A stretch of DNA of 64,000 bases from an uncultured Gammaproteobacteria bacterium (lineage in GTDB: Bacteria; Patescibacteriota; Patescibacteriia; Magasanikbacterales; GWA2-37-8): contig CAZQUL010000001.1 in assembly GCA_964596525.1 (NCBI GenBank), forward strand, positions 601,956-665,955, in the 5' to 3' direction. A program made the position numbers and the translations under genes. A model generated the notes under the pieces. It was given only the letters and a program-made list of their open reading frames with translations, did no database searches and was not told where the DNA came from. How positions within the stretch are numbered: position 1 is the stretch's first letter; every line of letters starts with the position of its first letter. Positions 47,579-58,333 of this stretch are shown here, in pieces.

Positions 47579-47965
47579 ATGGGTTGCCAAGCACCACGCG
47601 ACCTGAACGGAGACGATTTCGGCGTACCTGAGCTCAAGGAGAAAAACAAGAAGCTTAAGCGCGAGCTTGACCGTGTAACGCGACTCCTGTGTGCCTTGTG
47701 CACGAGAGCTGAAAACGAAGGAGTGGTGAGCATCTCGATTTTTGAAAAGATTAAAGGAATGCGAACCTGGTTTGCTCAGCACAAGCGCGCTGACGCCCGC
47801 CGAAAGCGGCTCGAAGAGAAGAAGCGGCGCGAAGCACTTACGCAAAAGGCAACACGCCGTGATTTTGAAGCGCAGGAGCTCGAGCGCGTCCTTGGCGGAC
47901 TCTCGCCGGATGATCGTAGGATCGTCGAGAAACGACTGCGTAGAACCTCCGCCAAAAAGAAGTAG
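47579..47965 (+). CDS. Hypothetical basic coiled-coil protein
   Basis: AAGGAG SD, upstream TTGACA and an LLCALC motif. Confidence 0.6.
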   Translation: MGCQAPRDLNGDDFGVPELKEKNKKLKRELDRVTRLLCALCTRAENEGVVSISIFEKIKGMRTWFAQHKRADARRKRLEEKKRREALTQKATRRDFEAQELERVLGGLSPDDRRIVEKRLRRTSAKKK

Positions 47966-48067
47966 CGCCCGCTTCCCATTTTAAGCCCTGTAGCGTCCTC
48001 GGCGGCCAGGGCTTTTTTGATACTTCGTTTTCTGGTATCGTTTCAAAAACGAATCGCGTGTGTTTTT

Positions 48068-48733
48068 ATGAAATCAAACCTGCAATCGCTTTTTAATCAG
48101 TTCGACGCCTGTGAACGTTGCCGCCGTGAAAACAATCCGTTGCGTCACATCCTGGGCGGTGGTCGTACCGAGCGGCCGCGATTTCTATTTCTTTTCATCA
48201 ATCCGACGCACCAGAATAGTTCGAGTCATCCGGAGTATGGGGGAGAGCGGCGGTTTCCGTTTCTTGGTGTCAGGTATTTTTGGAAGCTTATGGCTAGGGC
48301 CGGCGTGGTAGATGAAAAGATCGTAGAAGATATTTACGAGCGCGGATGGCAGACTAAAGATGAACATGCCATCGAAGCGGAACTCATTAAACGGAGCATT
48401 TATATTACTAATCTCGTGAAATGCACGCAGCCGCATGCGGATAATCCCAGCAAAGAAATCGTAGCTGCGGATCTGCCGCTTTTATGGCGGGAAATTGAAC
48501 TCGTCAAACCAGATTATATCATCGCCTTCGGTAAGCTTCCGACCTCAGCTCTTACGGATCAAGATGTGACTCTTAGAGATTATTTCGCTGCTGCCGAGCA
48601 GGGGACGTACCAACCGCTTACGGCTGCTTATGGTGGAAAAGAATGGAAAGTGCTACCCTGCTACTTCCCCGTCGGTCGGGGTAATCCGCCGAAAGCCCTT
48701 GCCATCCTGAAGTATACTTTGAATACCTTTTAA
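48068..48733 (+). CDS. Uracil-DNA glycosylase-like protein (family 4-like, atypical)
   Basis: CERC, YITNLVKC and EIELVKP..IIAFG. Confidence 0.75.
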   Translation: MKSNLQSLFNQFDACERCRRENNPLRHILGGGRTERPRFLFLFINPTHQNSSSHPEYGGERRFPFLGVRYFWKLMARAGVVDEKIVEDIYERGWQTKDEHAIEAELIKRSIYITNLVKCTQPHADNPSKEIVAADLPLLWREIELVKPDYIIAFGKLPTSALTDQDVTLRDYFAAAEQGTYQPLTAAYGGKEWKVLPCYFPVGRGNPPKALAILKYTLNTF

Positions 48734-48743
48734 TCCTTTCGAT

Positions 48744-49166
48744 ATGTCATGTGAAGGTGGTTGTTTGTGCGGCACAATCCGCTACCGCTTAACCGGCGAA
48801 CCGGGTAAAGAAGGGGCGGGCTATTGCCATTGTCGCCGCTGTCAGCGATCGACCGGAGCTCCGGTTGGCGCCTGGGTTACGTTTCCCAAGAGCGCACTTG
48901 CGATTCTTGCTGGTGTGCCGAAAACCTTTGCGTCATCCGCCAAGGCAGTGCGCCAGTTTTGCCCGAACTGCGGCACGCAGCTCTTTTTCGCCTTTACCGA
49001 AGGCCCGGAGGATATCGATGTTTCGCTTGCGAGCCTCGATGATCCGGCAGTTTTTCCGCCCACATACCATATTTGGACGGGAAGCCAGATACCGTGGTTC
49101 ACCATTACGGATAACCTGCCGCGCTACGTCGATGACGGCCCGGATTTTACTCCCTACCAGCATTAA
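48744..49166 (+). CDS. GFA/CENP-V family protein
   Basis: GGCLCG, CHCRRCQR and RQFCPNCGT. Confidence 0.92.
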   Translation: MSCEGGCLCGTIRYRLTGEPGKEGAGYCHCRRCQRSTGAPVGAWVTFPKSALAILAGVPKTFASSAKAVRQFCPNCGTQLFFAFTEGPEDIDVSLASLDDPAVFPPTYHIWTGSQIPWFTITDNLPRYVDDGPDFTPYQH

Positions 49167-49299
49167 AGAACGATTTGACAAATTTACTCAGCATGATAGA
49201 GTACTCCCATCTTGATGTAACCTAACGCAGGTTACCTTTCTTCCTGAAAAACCTCGTAGGGTTTCCTACTGAGGTTTTTCGTTTGTGGTGTTTTACCGT

Positions 49300-52014
49300 A
49301 TGAAAGACAAAATCACTATTAAAGGCGCGCGCGAGCATAATCTTAAGAATATCTCGCTCGAACTGCCGCGCAATAAAATGATCGTTTTTACGGGTTTGTC
49401 CGGTTCCGGCAAATCAAGTTTGGCGTTTGATACCATTTTTGCCGAAGGACAACGCCGCTACATCGAAAGCTTGTCGGCCTATGCGCGCCAGTTTTTGGGT
49501 GGTATGCAAAAACCTGATGTGGACGAGATCGAAGGGTTGTCACCGGCTATTTCTATCGATCAGAAAGCACATAGCGCCAACCCGCGCTCGACGGTGGCGA
49601 CTATCACCGAAATCTACGATTATCTGCGTGTTCTTTTTGCACGTGTCGGCCGGCCTTTTTGCCCGATGTGCGGCACCAAGATCGAGCGCATGACGATCGA
49701 CCAGATGCTCGAGACGATTACGAAGCAGCGCAAGCGCGTTCATAAAGAAGGTAAGAAAGTCGAAGAGATTCTCATTCTTTCGCCGGTCGTGCGCGGGCGC
49801 AAAGGGGAGTACTACCAGATGCTCTACGACATGTACAACGCTGGATATTTGGAAGTACGCGTCGACGGTGCGATGAAGAGTTTGCGCGATCGCATCGTAC
49901 TCTCTAAAAACAATAAGCATACTATCGAGATCGTTACTGATCGCATTCCGCTTATCACTGAAAGCGGCAAGAAAAACGATGCAGCCGATGAGCAGCGCCT
50001 CGCCGAAGCTGTGCGTGCGGCCGTAGATCTGGCCAACGGCTTGTGTTTGGTTATCTATCCGGATGGCACGGAAACGCTCTACAGTACCGAATATGCCTGC
50101 CCTAACGACGGCTTCAGTTTTCCGGAAATCGAACCGCGACTTTTTAGCTTCAACAGTCCTTATGGTTACTGCGAAGCCTGCACTGGTCTTGGCACCAAAG
50201 AACTCTTCAGCGAAGAAATCTGCGCGGTGTGCGAAGGTAAGCGCCTCAATAAAACCGCACTCAGCGTGCGCGTGACGGGTAAAAATATTTGGGAAGTGAC
50301 CAATTTTACCATCAGCGAAGCGCGCGAATTTTTCGCGAGCGCGGAACTCGACATGACCGAAAGCGAACGGGAAATTTCCACCGCGGTCTTTAAAGAAATC
50401 ACGAGTCGTCTGCAGTTCATGTTTAATGTCGGTTTGCACTACCTCACGCTTAGCCGCAAGGCTGGTACGCTCTCGGGTGGCGAAGCGCAGCGCATTCGGT
50501 TGGCATCCCAGGTGGGTACCCGACTTGTCGGCGCCCTCTATGTGCTCGATGAGCCGACCATCGGTCTGCATCAGCGCGACAACGACCAGCTCGTCAAAAC
50601 ACTCCGTAATCTCTGTGATGTGGGCAACACGATCATTGTCGTTGAGCATGATGAAGATACGATTTTGACGAGCGATTGGGTAGTGGATATCGGTCCGGGC
50701 GCGGGTAAGCACGGCGGCGATGTGGTGTATTCTGGTCCGCTCAAAGAATTGCTCGAGCCATCCGCCGAAAAGAAAACCGAAGACAAAGCCGTTTCTGCCA
50801 AGAAAACCTCACGAACTGTATCCGCCTCGGCGAGCGCTTTGGCGGTTAAAAATTCCATTACCAAAACCATACCCGCCGCTCTGCCGGTTTCTAAAACCGC
50901 CCGTACAGTATTCGATTGTACGGTTCAAGGTTCGGCCGAAGCATCCCTCACCGGCCAGTTTTTGCGCGGCGAGCAGAAAATCGCACTGCCCGAAAAACGT
51001 CGTAAAGTAGACGAAGCCACGCCGAAAATAAAAATCAAAGGGGCGGCCGAACACAACCTCAAAGATATCGATGTCACCATTCCGCTCCGCCGTCTCGTGT
51101 GTCTCACTGGTGTGTCGGGTTCGGGCAAGTCCACTCTCATGCATAGCATCCTCTACCAATCGCTTGCCAACAAGTTCAACCACACCAACCACCCGGTCGG
51201 CAAACACAAAGAAATCACGGGTACCGAATACATCGATAAAATGATCACGATCGACCAGTCGGCGATCGGCCGCACGTCGCGCTCCAACCCAGCTACGTAT
51301 ACCAAAGCGTTCGACTACATCCGCGATCTGTTCGCTGCTACGCCCGAAGCGAAAATCCGTGGGTTCAAAAACGGGATGTTCAGTTTCAACGTGCCGGGTG
51401 GGCGCTGCGAACACTGTGAGGGAAAAGGAGTCCTCGAAATTGAGATGCATTTCTTGCCGAGCGTGGAAATCCAGTGCGACGTGTGCCGTGGCAAACGTTT
51501 TACGAATGAAGTGTTGCAGGTTAACTATAAAGAAAAGAACATCGCCGACGTACTCGCCATGACCATCGAAGACGCCGAAGAATTTTTCCGCGATATCCCG
51601 ATGATCAGTGACAAACTCAAAGTGCTCAACCAGGTCGGTTTGGCGTATCTTACCCTCGGACAATCGGCCACCACGCTCTCGGGCGGCGAAGCGCAGCGCA
51701 TCAAACTGAGCCGCGAGCTGGCCAAACAGGGGACAAGCAAAACACTGTACCTCCTCGACGAACCGACGACCGGTTTGCACTACGAAGACGTGCGCAAACT
51801 CATCGACGTTATCCAGCGACTCGTATCGCAAGGCAATACCGTAATGGTCATCGAGCATAACCTAGATGTCATCAAATCCGCAGACTGGATCATTGATCTG
51901 GGCCCGGAAGGTGGCGACAAAGGGGGGCAGGTGATTGCGACCGGGACGCCGGAAACAGTCGCTAAAACCGCTGGGAGTTTTACGGGGCATTATTTGAAGC
52001 GCCTGTTAAAATGA
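49300..52014 (+). CDS. uvrA: Excinuclease ABC subunit A
   Basis: Two ABC modules ([23 protein letters not shown] twice) and Zn fingers. Confidence 0.98.
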   Translation: MKDKITIKGAREHNLKNISLELPRNKMIVFTGLSGSGKSSLAFDTIFAEGQRRYIESLSAYARQFLGGMQKPDVDEIEGLSPAISIDQKAHSANPRSTVATITEIYDYLRVLFARVGRPFCPMCGTKIERMTIDQMLETITKQRKRVHKEGKKVEEILILSPVVRGRKGEYYQMLYDMYNAGYLEVRVDGAMKSLRDRIVLSKNNKHTIEIVTDRIPLITESGKKNDAADEQRLAEAVRAAVDLANGLCLVIYPDGTETLYSTEYACPNDGFSFPEIEPRLFSFNSPYGYCEACTGLGTKELFSEEICAVCEGKRLNKTALSVRVTGKNIWEVTNFTISEAREFFASAELDMTESEREISTAVFKEITSRLQFMFNVGLHYLTLSRKAGTLSGGEAQRIRLASQVGTRLVGALYVLDEPTIGLHQRDNDQLVKTLRNLCDVGNTIIVVEHDEDTILTSDWVVDIGPGAGKHGGDVVYSGPLKELLEPSAEKKTEDKAVSAKKTSRTVSASASALAVKNSITKTIPAALPVSKTARTVFDCTVQGSAEASLTGQFLRGEQKIALPEKRRKVDEATPKIKIKGAAEHNLKDIDVTIPLRRLVCLTGVSGSGKSTLMHSILYQSLANKFNHTNHPVGKHKEITGTEYIDKMITIDQSAIGRTSRSNPATYTKAFDYIRDLFAATPEAKIRGFKNGMFSFNVPGGRCEHCEGKGVLEIEMHFLPSVEIQCDVCRGKRFTNEVLQVNYKEKNIADVLAMTIEDAEEFFRDIPMISDKLKVLNQVGLAYLTLGQSATTLSGGEAQRIKLSRELAKQGTSKTLYLLDEPTTGLHYEDVRKLIDVIQRLVSQGNTVMVIEHNLDVIKSADWIIDLGPEGGDKGGQVIATGTPETVAKTAGSFTGHYLKRLLK

Positions 52015-52057
52015 AAAGCCTGCCCGTGGTCGGGTAGGCGGCGTTAAGCAGAAAGCT

Positions 52058-52447
52058 CTAGTTGTTAGCCTGGGTTCTGCGACGATTTCTTACGAACAAG
52101 CTCGCTAGCAGTCCGATCAGAATCCAGCTTCCGGATTTTTCGTGGTGGACGCCCGGGGTGGTTGAGCAGCTGCCCTCACTCGCTTGCTTGGCGCGTTGCT
52201 CAGCTGCTTGTGTTGCTGCGGATTTTGTCGGATTGTTTTTGACCCCCAAAAGATGAGTGTCACGTGCATTTCGATACTCTTCCCACGGTGTCGCTAATCG
52301 GGAAACGGGTTGGAAGATGGGGTCTGAATCTGGCACCGGAGTCGGCGGGCTGGCGGCCTCTTGGTTTTTTTCGGGTTGCTCTTGGGCCCGTGTGGCGTGG
52401 GGTGTTAGAAAAAGCGGAACTAGAAAAAGAATCATTCGTCGTTTCAT
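52058..52447 (-). CDS. Small secreted protein with MYXO-CTERM-like tail
   Basis: Signal peptide ending ATRA; GSCS...TM...RNRRR tail; AAGGAG SD. Confidence 0.6.
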   Translation of the reverse strand: MKRRMILFLVPLFLTPHATRAQEQPEKNQEAASPPTPVPDSDPIFQPVSRLATPWEEYRNARDTHLLGVKNNPTKSAATQAAEQRAKQASEGSCSTTPGVHHEKSGSWILIGLLASLFVRNRRRTQANN

Positions 52448-52607
52448 GGTTTTGTGTCTCCTTGTCACCCGACATAAGCAGTTTTCTCCCGGTTGGAGAG
52501 ATTGTCAAGGTTTTTTGTATAAAAAACCGCTTAATGCCGAGTAGCGGGTAAGCGGGTTTTAAGTAGATAAGATGCGGGATGTGTTGCTGCTGGTAGAAGC
52601 GGCGCTC

Positions 52608-52955
52608 TTACACAACAGGTTTATTTTTACGGTGCAAGAGATGATAGGCGGTGAGCGCGCTGGCAAAAATAAGCAGGGCAGAATTCGACGAGTGCTTTAC
52701 ACCCCCTCCAGGAACTGCGGCGCAGCTCGGACGGGAATCTTCGGCAGCACTCGCCGCCCGATCTTCTTGGTTCCAGCGGGCAATAGCTTCCTTTCCACTC
52801 CGAACCCACGGTTGCGTTTCTGGGGGTCTGCTCTGCGGTGCAGTTTCGCGTGATTGGGATGCGGTTGGAACGCTTTGATTTGTTTCCGGTTCTTCCGCCC
52901 GTGCACCGTTTTCCAAGCTAATTGCAAAGAGTAAGGCAAGGAACGTTCGTGCCAT
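52608..52955 (-). CDS. Small secreted protein with MYXO-CTERM-like tail (paralog)
   Basis: Signal peptide ending GARA; PSCA...TM...HRKNK tail; GGAGG SD. Confidence 0.6.
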   Translation of the reverse strand: MARTFLALLFAISLENGARAEEPETNQSVPTASQSRETAPQSRPPETQPWVRSGKEAIARWNQEDRAASAAEDSRPSCAAVPGGGVKHSSNSALLIFASALTAYHLLHRKNKPVV

Positions 52956-53114
52956 GTAAAAGCCTCCGTAATGTATCCAGCGAACACATGATTATGTGTT
53001 TTTTTGTACTTGTCAAGATAAGCTGAAGAAAAAATAATTTGACGATAAACTAAAACGCCCGGAATCGTCCCGGGCGTTGTGTGTTCATTTTACCGAACCT
53101 TGCTTTAGACCTCG

Positions 53115-53768
53115 TTATTTCTTGAACATGAACGACTGGGCGATCGTCTGCATGGTGTTAAAGTTTTCGCCTGGTTTACTGGCTAGGTTCGTGATGGTCA
53201 CGATGTAAGCCTTGCCGTCTTTGATGGTGAAATATTGCGTGGTGCGCAGGTTGGTAGGATTCGGGGGGCGCGAAGTGGCGGTATAGATAATAAGGCGGGC
53301 AGGCTGTCCGCCGAGGGTCGAACTTTCGTTTTTGATAAGTTTATAATCAGTAAAGAATTCTTTGAGTTTTTCTTCCGAAACTTTGAAATAATCGGCGAGC
53401 GTTACCGACAGATCGTTGATATCCTCTACAACAACACTGACGTTTTCAGAAAACTGATCTTGGGCGTTTGAACGTGGTGAAAGGAAAGAGATGATGGGGT
53501 AGCTTGAGGTGGCGTTTTCGGCGGTTTTGATACTACCTTCGCGTACCTGCCAGTTTGTCGGAATGGCGATATTGATACCTAAATCGCGGTGGTGATACAC
53601 GTTCTTATCGCCCTGCGGGGTGAGTGTTGAAGCTGGCTCTGAACTCGTGGCGGTTGGCGTGGGCGTAACGATAGCAGTCGATGGTGTGTTCGAGCGGCAA
53701 CCGCCGCCGCCAATAACGAGGAGTAATCCTGCTGCTAAAATGCTCGTGCGGATGCGTGATGTGTTCAT
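53115..53768 (-). CDS. PsbP/DcrB-like lipoprotein
   Basis: IGGGGC signal, IAIPTNW, LGGQPA and AQSF C-terminus. Confidence 0.75.
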   Translation of the reverse strand: MNTSRIRTSILAAGLLLVIGGGGCRSNTPSTAIVTPTPTATSSEPASTLTPQGDKNVYHHRDLGINIAIPTNWQVREGSIKTAENATSSYPIISFLSPRSNAQDQFSENVSVVVEDINDLSVTLADYFKVSEEKLKEFFTDYKLIKNESSTLGGQPARLIIYTATSRPPNPTNLRTTQYFTIKDGKAYIVTITNLASKPGENFNTMQTIAQSFMFKK

Positions 53769-53935
53769 ACCAAAATGAAGTTTAAGTCACGGGTAGTATA
53801 AGAGCGGCCCTTGCTCATTGTCAACCGACGAATGAGGTATGAAGAATTCGGCTGGTTAAGGTTGTTCACCATATGTATTGACTACCGCCGTCCTTTGCCG
53901 GCATGTACTGGTATAACCCTAGGCAGGAGAAGATC

Positions 53936-54541
53936 ATGCCCACCGCACATGAGAATCGCGCTGCGTTTATGGCCCGTATTGTTCCGCTCCACGCCCCATC
54001 GACGGTCCGCCGCATTATGGCTGCTTACGACCGCAGTAAAGAAAACCATCGCAGCCAGAAACGCAAGGGTGGTGAGCGCTATTTCGAGCATCCGCGTGGT
54101 GTCGCGCTTATCCTCATCGACGAGCTTGGGTGTATCGATGCTGACCTTATGTGCGCAGCGCTCTTGCACGACGTCCTCGAGGACGCCTGCCTCGTCGGCG
54201 CGCCCTTTACTGCCGAAGGTCTCGAAGAGCTTTTTGGCGAACGGGTGTGCCGTATCGTGGTGCGGCTCAGCAAAATCCCCAAAGAGGGCTATCACGATCG
54301 TTTAGCCAGATTCGGCACCTGGGAAGAGTTTATGGTCAAACTCTGCGACCAGCTGCACAACCTGCGCAGCATGGACAAGGGAACCACACCTGAGTGGCGT
54401 CGTAAGCAGCGCCTCGAAAGTCGCGAGGTATATGTGCCGCTGTTTGGGCAGCTTACCGATTTGGTGCCGCTGTGTTACCGCAAGCAGGTAGAATACGCGG
54501 TTCGAGAAGTCATCGAGCGCGTAGACCCATCTCTTCCGTAG
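53936..54541 (+). CDS. HD-domain small alarmone hydrolase (Mesh1/SpoT-HD-like)
   Basis: H..QKRKGGERYFEHP, ALLHDVLED and VKLCDQLHN; AGGAG SD before ATG 53936. Confidence 0.85.
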   Translation: MPTAHENRAAFMARIVPLHAPSTVRRIMAAYDRSKENHRSQKRKGGERYFEHPRGVALILIDELGCIDADLMCAALLHDVLEDACLVGAPFTAEGLEELFGERVCRIVVRLSKIPKEGYHDRLARFGTWEEFMVKLCDQLHNLRSMDKGTTPEWRRKQRLESREVYVPLFGQLTDLVPLCYRKQVEYAVREVIERVDPSLP

Positions 54542-54652
54542 TTTCTTTCTATATCGGCAGTGTGCCGGTATTTTTGTTTCTGTTCGTTCGCTCCAAATCT
54601 TGACTTACGCCTGGTTTTTTGGTATAGAATCGGCCACCAAGGGAGGTGTATA

Positions 54653-55249
54653 GTGAACCGAACTACACGTTATCCGATCCTGGGACTTCTTGCGGCCTTC
54701 GCTGGTGCGTGCACGCCGCTTCCCCCACAGCTCCGCATGGAACGCGAAGCGATCCGTTGGGTAGGTGCGGGAACAGGTGGGGCCGTTTCTTCTTCGACGC
54801 TAGCATCGCTTGATTGCCGGGCATGGTGCAAAACCGCTCCTGAGCCCGCGCGTGCAGCCTGCTTGCGCACCGTGGAAGAGCGTCTGCATCGCTTAGGCCG
54901 GTTCTACAACGAGCGGTTGCTGTATACGCAGACTGCGGCCTGGAGCTTTTGCCTCGCTGCCCACCAAGATGAGATGCTCGCGGCGGGTGTTAAGCTCGAG
55001 GAACCGGCAGGGGAATGCCGTGTCCGCGAACTCCTCGAATCCATTTCCGTTACGCGCGAACAGTGGATGCGCGAGTGTGGCGAAGCACCGTATGATCCAT
55101 ATAAATGCGACCGCGTTCCCGGGTTATCCCTAGGGAAAATGCAGTATTTGATGGTCCTGCCGGTCTACGATGGTCCGGGCTGCCCCGCGCCCATACCGCC
55201 CCGCGAGGCCGAGCGCCTCATTCCGCGCGAACTCCGCATTCTGGAGTAA
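54653..55249 (+). CDS. Cys-rich putative lipoprotein
   Basis: GGAGGT SD, GTG start and FAGAC lipobox. Confidence 0.6.
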   Translation: MNRTTRYPILGLLAAFAGACTPLPPQLRMEREAIRWVGAGTGGAVSSSTLASLDCRAWCKTAPEPARAACLRTVEERLHRLGRFYNERLLYTQTAAWSFCLAAHQDEMLAAGVKLEEPAGECRVRELLESISVTREQWMRECGEAPYDPYKCDRVPGLSLGKMQYLMVLPVYDGPGCPAPIPPREAERLIPRELRILE

Positions 55250-55301
55250 ATCAAAACAGCCGCCTTCCCGGCGGCTTTTGCAATGGTATACTATCTGCAC
55301 T

Positions 55302-56564
55302 ATGAATGCAGTTATAGAAAAACTCCTCACCGAACTCCCCGATAGCCCTGGCATCTATCTATTTTACGATACCCAGGGCGAACTCATCTACGTCGGCAAA
55401 GCCACCTCGCTCACGTCGCGCGTAAGGAGTTACTTCCGCGGCAAACGCACGCCACGCCCTATCGAGAACATGATCCATGAAGTGGTCCGTTTCGAAACCA
55501 AAACCACCGACTCCGCGCTCGAAGCCGTCATTCTCGAAGGTGTTTACATCAAAAAATACTTGCCCAAGTATAACGTCATGGGCAAAGACAATAAAAGCTG
55601 GAACTACCTCGTCCTCACCAAAGAAACGTACCCGCATCTCCGCAGTTTGCGCGAGCACGACCTCAAGCTCCTCGGTGCCCGCGAACGGGCGGCACAGTTT
55701 CGGGAGGAATTCGGTCCCTATCCCGGGCTTAACATGCGTGCCGCGCTCAAAACGCTCCGGCGGCTTTTCGTCATTTCCTCCTGCACGCCGGATGAAGGCC
55801 GTCCGTGCCTTTACCGCCAAATGGGCCAATGCCTCGGCGTCTGCACTGGCGAGATTACTCCCAAAGAATACGAAGAACGCGTCATCCGTCCGCTTACCCT
55901 CTTTTTGCGCGGCGAAAAAAAGCGCCTCATCCGCGAACTCGAACGCTGCATGAAAAAACTCGTTAAAGAAGAAAAATTCGAAGAAGCAACCCGCGTACGC
56001 GACCAACTGCGCGCTCTCATGCATATCCATGATGTCGCCCTTCTTAATGATTCGTTCGTTGAGGATGTGGGCCTCATCCGCGCGCATCGGGGTGGGGAAG
56101 TGGAGAGCCTGCGCATCGAGGGGTACGACATCTCCAATCTCGGCTCAACCGGCAAAGTCGGCAGTATGGTTGTTTTCGACGGCGACGGACCGGTCAAATC
56201 GCAGTACCGCAAGTTCAACATCAAAACCGTCGAAGGGCAAAGCGACGTGGACTGTCTCAAAGAAGTTCTTGCCCGTCGCTTCACGCATCCCGAATGGCCA
56301 CAGCCAACCCTTTTACTCATTGATGGTGGCCGCCCGCAGGTCAACGCCGCGCATTCCGTGATGCAGAGCCTCGGCCTCACCATTCCGGTCGTCGGGATCG
56401 CCAAAGGTCCCGAGCGCAAGCGCAATGATTTCATCTTCGCCGAAGTGGAAGCGAAGACGGTGGAGTTCGTAAGTACCCATCAACCCCTTCTCATCCGCGT
56501 GCGCGACGAGGCGCATCGGTTCGCGATTACGTTTCAGAGGAGTAAGAGGAGGATTACGAGGTAG
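55302..56564 (+). CDS. uvrC: Excinuclease ABC subunit C (short form without HhH)
   Basis: GIY-YIG (PGIY...IYVGKA), UVR domain, IEGYDISN, LIDGG and RDEAHRFA. Confidence 0.95.
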   Translation: MNAVIEKLLTELPDSPGIYLFYDTQGELIYVGKATSLTSRVRSYFRGKRTPRPIENMIHEVVRFETKTTDSALEAVILEGVYIKKYLPKYNVMGKDNKSWNYLVLTKETYPHLRSLREHDLKLLGARERAAQFREEFGPYPGLNMRAALKTLRRLFVISSCTPDEGRPCLYRQMGQCLGVCTGEITPKEYEERVIRPLTLFLRGEKKRLIRELERCMKKLVKEEKFEEATRVRDQLRALMHIHDVALLNDSFVEDVGLIRAHRGGEVESLRIEGYDISNLGSTGKVGSMVVFDGDGPVKSQYRKFNIKTVEGQSDVDCLKEVLARRFTHPEWPQPTLLLIDGGRPQVNAAHSVMQSLGLTIPVVGIAKGPERKRNDFIFAEVEAKTVEFVSTHQPLLIRVRDEAHRFAITFQRSKRRITR

Positions 56565-56654
56565 TTTGTTTCACGCCCTTAATCCTTGCGGACAAGACGA
56601 TTTTAAGCCAGTATAAAACGCTATTCTAATAGGAAACTAATTCCCTTTATACCT

Positions 56655-57287
56655 ATGAAAAAAATACTTTTCTTTCTACCAGCTATTCTTTTATTAGGCA
56701 CTGCCTGTACCCGCAGTCAACCGGTTATGCAACAGAGTTTTAAAGATCAGCCGGCTGCCGTTGCTACCGAAACGTTGAAACAGTCCATCTATAGTATTTC
56801 AGATGGTCCAAAAAAAGGTTGGAAAACATATACTAACTCTGCCTATAATTTTAGCTTTAGTTTTCCAGCCGATTTTCAATTTAAAGAACATCCTGCCTAT
56901 CAGCTAAAGGACGAGAACGAGATCGGTGGCTCTCCCGAGCGGTACGGTCAGACGTTCAACGTCGTCACTATCGAGCTGAATAAAGGACCGAAAGTCAGTT
57001 TCAATCTTGCTATGAATCTGGCGGGCGGTTGCAGCGAGACCGCTACAATTGTTACTGAGCAGGCCATGAGAATAGGCGGGCAGGCGATAACCAAATATGT
57101 TACTACCGATGAAAAGATTGACCCTTCCGTTGTTTGTTTTGACTATGCCGGGTTCGAGTTGGGAAGGAATCTTTTCAAGATGGTGGGCCAGGCCCCTTTG
57201 AATGATAAAAAAATTGAATTTATTTTCGATTCGATCGCGCAGAGTTTCAGGTTTACCAGTACAACCAACCCCGTTCCGCTTAAATAG
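56655..57287 (+). CDS. PsbP-like lipoprotein
   Basis: LLGTAC lipobox, WKTYTNSAYNFSFSFP and FDSIAQSFRF. Confidence 0.7.
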   Translation: MKKILFFLPAILLLGTACTRSQPVMQQSFKDQPAAVATETLKQSIYSISDGPKKGWKTYTNSAYNFSFSFPADFQFKEHPAYQLKDENEIGGSPERYGQTFNVVTIELNKGPKVSFNLAMNLAGGCSETATIVTEQAMRIGGQAITKYVTTDEKIDPSVVCFDYAGFELGRNLFKMVGQAPLNDKKIEFIFDSIAQSFRFTSTTNPVPLK

Positions 57288-57397
57288 CCAGGGGTAATGA
57301 GAAACAGCTACATTACGTGGTTTGGTAAAGTCCGCCGGGTGCTTGACGTATATCATAAGTACCTATATAATAAGTACACTTATTATTATATCGTACT

Positions 57398-57823
57398 ATG
57401 ATCACCGCAACGTATTCCATCGTCACCCGAGAAGTAAGCAAGGAACAGATGTGGAAGCTTATGTCGAACGTCGACGGCTGGAAAGAATGGGACCCGACCG
57501 TGGAATACTCAAAGCTCGAAGGTAATTTTGTAACCGGCAGTTTTTTCACCCTCAAAGCCGTCAAAGCCCCGCGCGTCAAAATCCGTTTGGCCGATGTCCG
57601 CGCGCCGGGGTACTTCAAAGATGAAACGTCGTTTCCTCTCGCGACTATGAACGGCGAACATTGGTATGAAGACACGGCGGAAGGGCTCAAGATCACCGTC
57701 ACCATGACCATCACCGGCCCGCTGTCGTGGCTCTGGAACAAAATCGTGATGAACGACATCGTCAAAAATCTTCCGGACGACGTGGCACGCCAGACCGCGG
57801 CCGCGAAAAAAATTTCTCTCTAA
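57398..57823 (+). CDS. SRPBCC/polyketide cyclase-like protein
   Basis: SKEQMWKLMSNVDGWKEWDP...GPLSWLW. Confidence 0.8.
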   Translation: MITATYSIVTREVSKEQMWKLMSNVDGWKEWDPTVEYSKLEGNFVTGSFFTLKAVKAPRVKIRLADVRAPGYFKDETSFPLATMNGEHWYEDTAEGLKITVTMTITGPLSWLWNKIVMNDIVKNLPDDVARQTAAAKKISL

Positions 57824-57825
57824 AT

Positions 57826-58281
57826 ATGCCGACTAAGAATGATTCCACGTTTTCCGTGGAAACTCCCGCCGAGAGCAGTGGCTTTTTGCTCTGGCAGGTG
57901 ACGAGCTGCTGGCAGCAGGAAATCAAACAAGCTCTGCGCGAGTTCGACTTGACGCACACGCAGTTCGTCCTGCTCGCTAGTATGCTCTGGTTTCTGGAAC
58001 ATAAAGAACCGGTGCACCAAATCAAACTTTCGTCGCATGCGCTCATCGACCCGATGACCACGTCGACGGTTTTACGCACGCTCGAGAAAAAAGGCTATGT
58101 TACGCGTGTCGATAACCAAAAAGATGCGCGTGCCAAAAACATCACGCTGACGAATGCGGGGAAGAAATGCGCGGAAAAAGCGGTTAAGAAAGTTGAAGAG
58201 TGTGATAGGGATTTTTTTAAAACGCTTGGCAAACAAACAAGAGAACTCAACGTTCTCTTGGGAAAGCTCGTGCAATGTTAG
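57826..58281 (+). CDS. MarR family regulator
   Basis: SGFLLWQ, LTHTQF and LEKKGYVTR...DARAK.ITLT. Confidence 0.92.
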   Translation: MPTKNDSTFSVETPAESSGFLLWQVTSCWQQEIKQALREFDLTHTQFVLLASMLWFLEHKEPVHQIKLSSHALIDPMTTSTVLRTLEKKGYVTRVDNQKDARAKNITLTNAGKKCAEKAVKKVEECDRDFFKTLGKQTRELNVLLGKLVQC

Positions 58282-58333
58282 TTATACTTCTCTCACACGG
58301 TTCACAATGATTCTGATCAGCTGTAGAATTTAT

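Noticed and set aside
49540-51858. Long antisense ORFs (390 and 349 aa) and similar ones at 41950, 44218, 55359 and 6037
   Set aside because: Shadow frames opposite well-supported genes (uvrA, AlaRS-like, uvrC, methylase/ParB) with no recognisable motifs.
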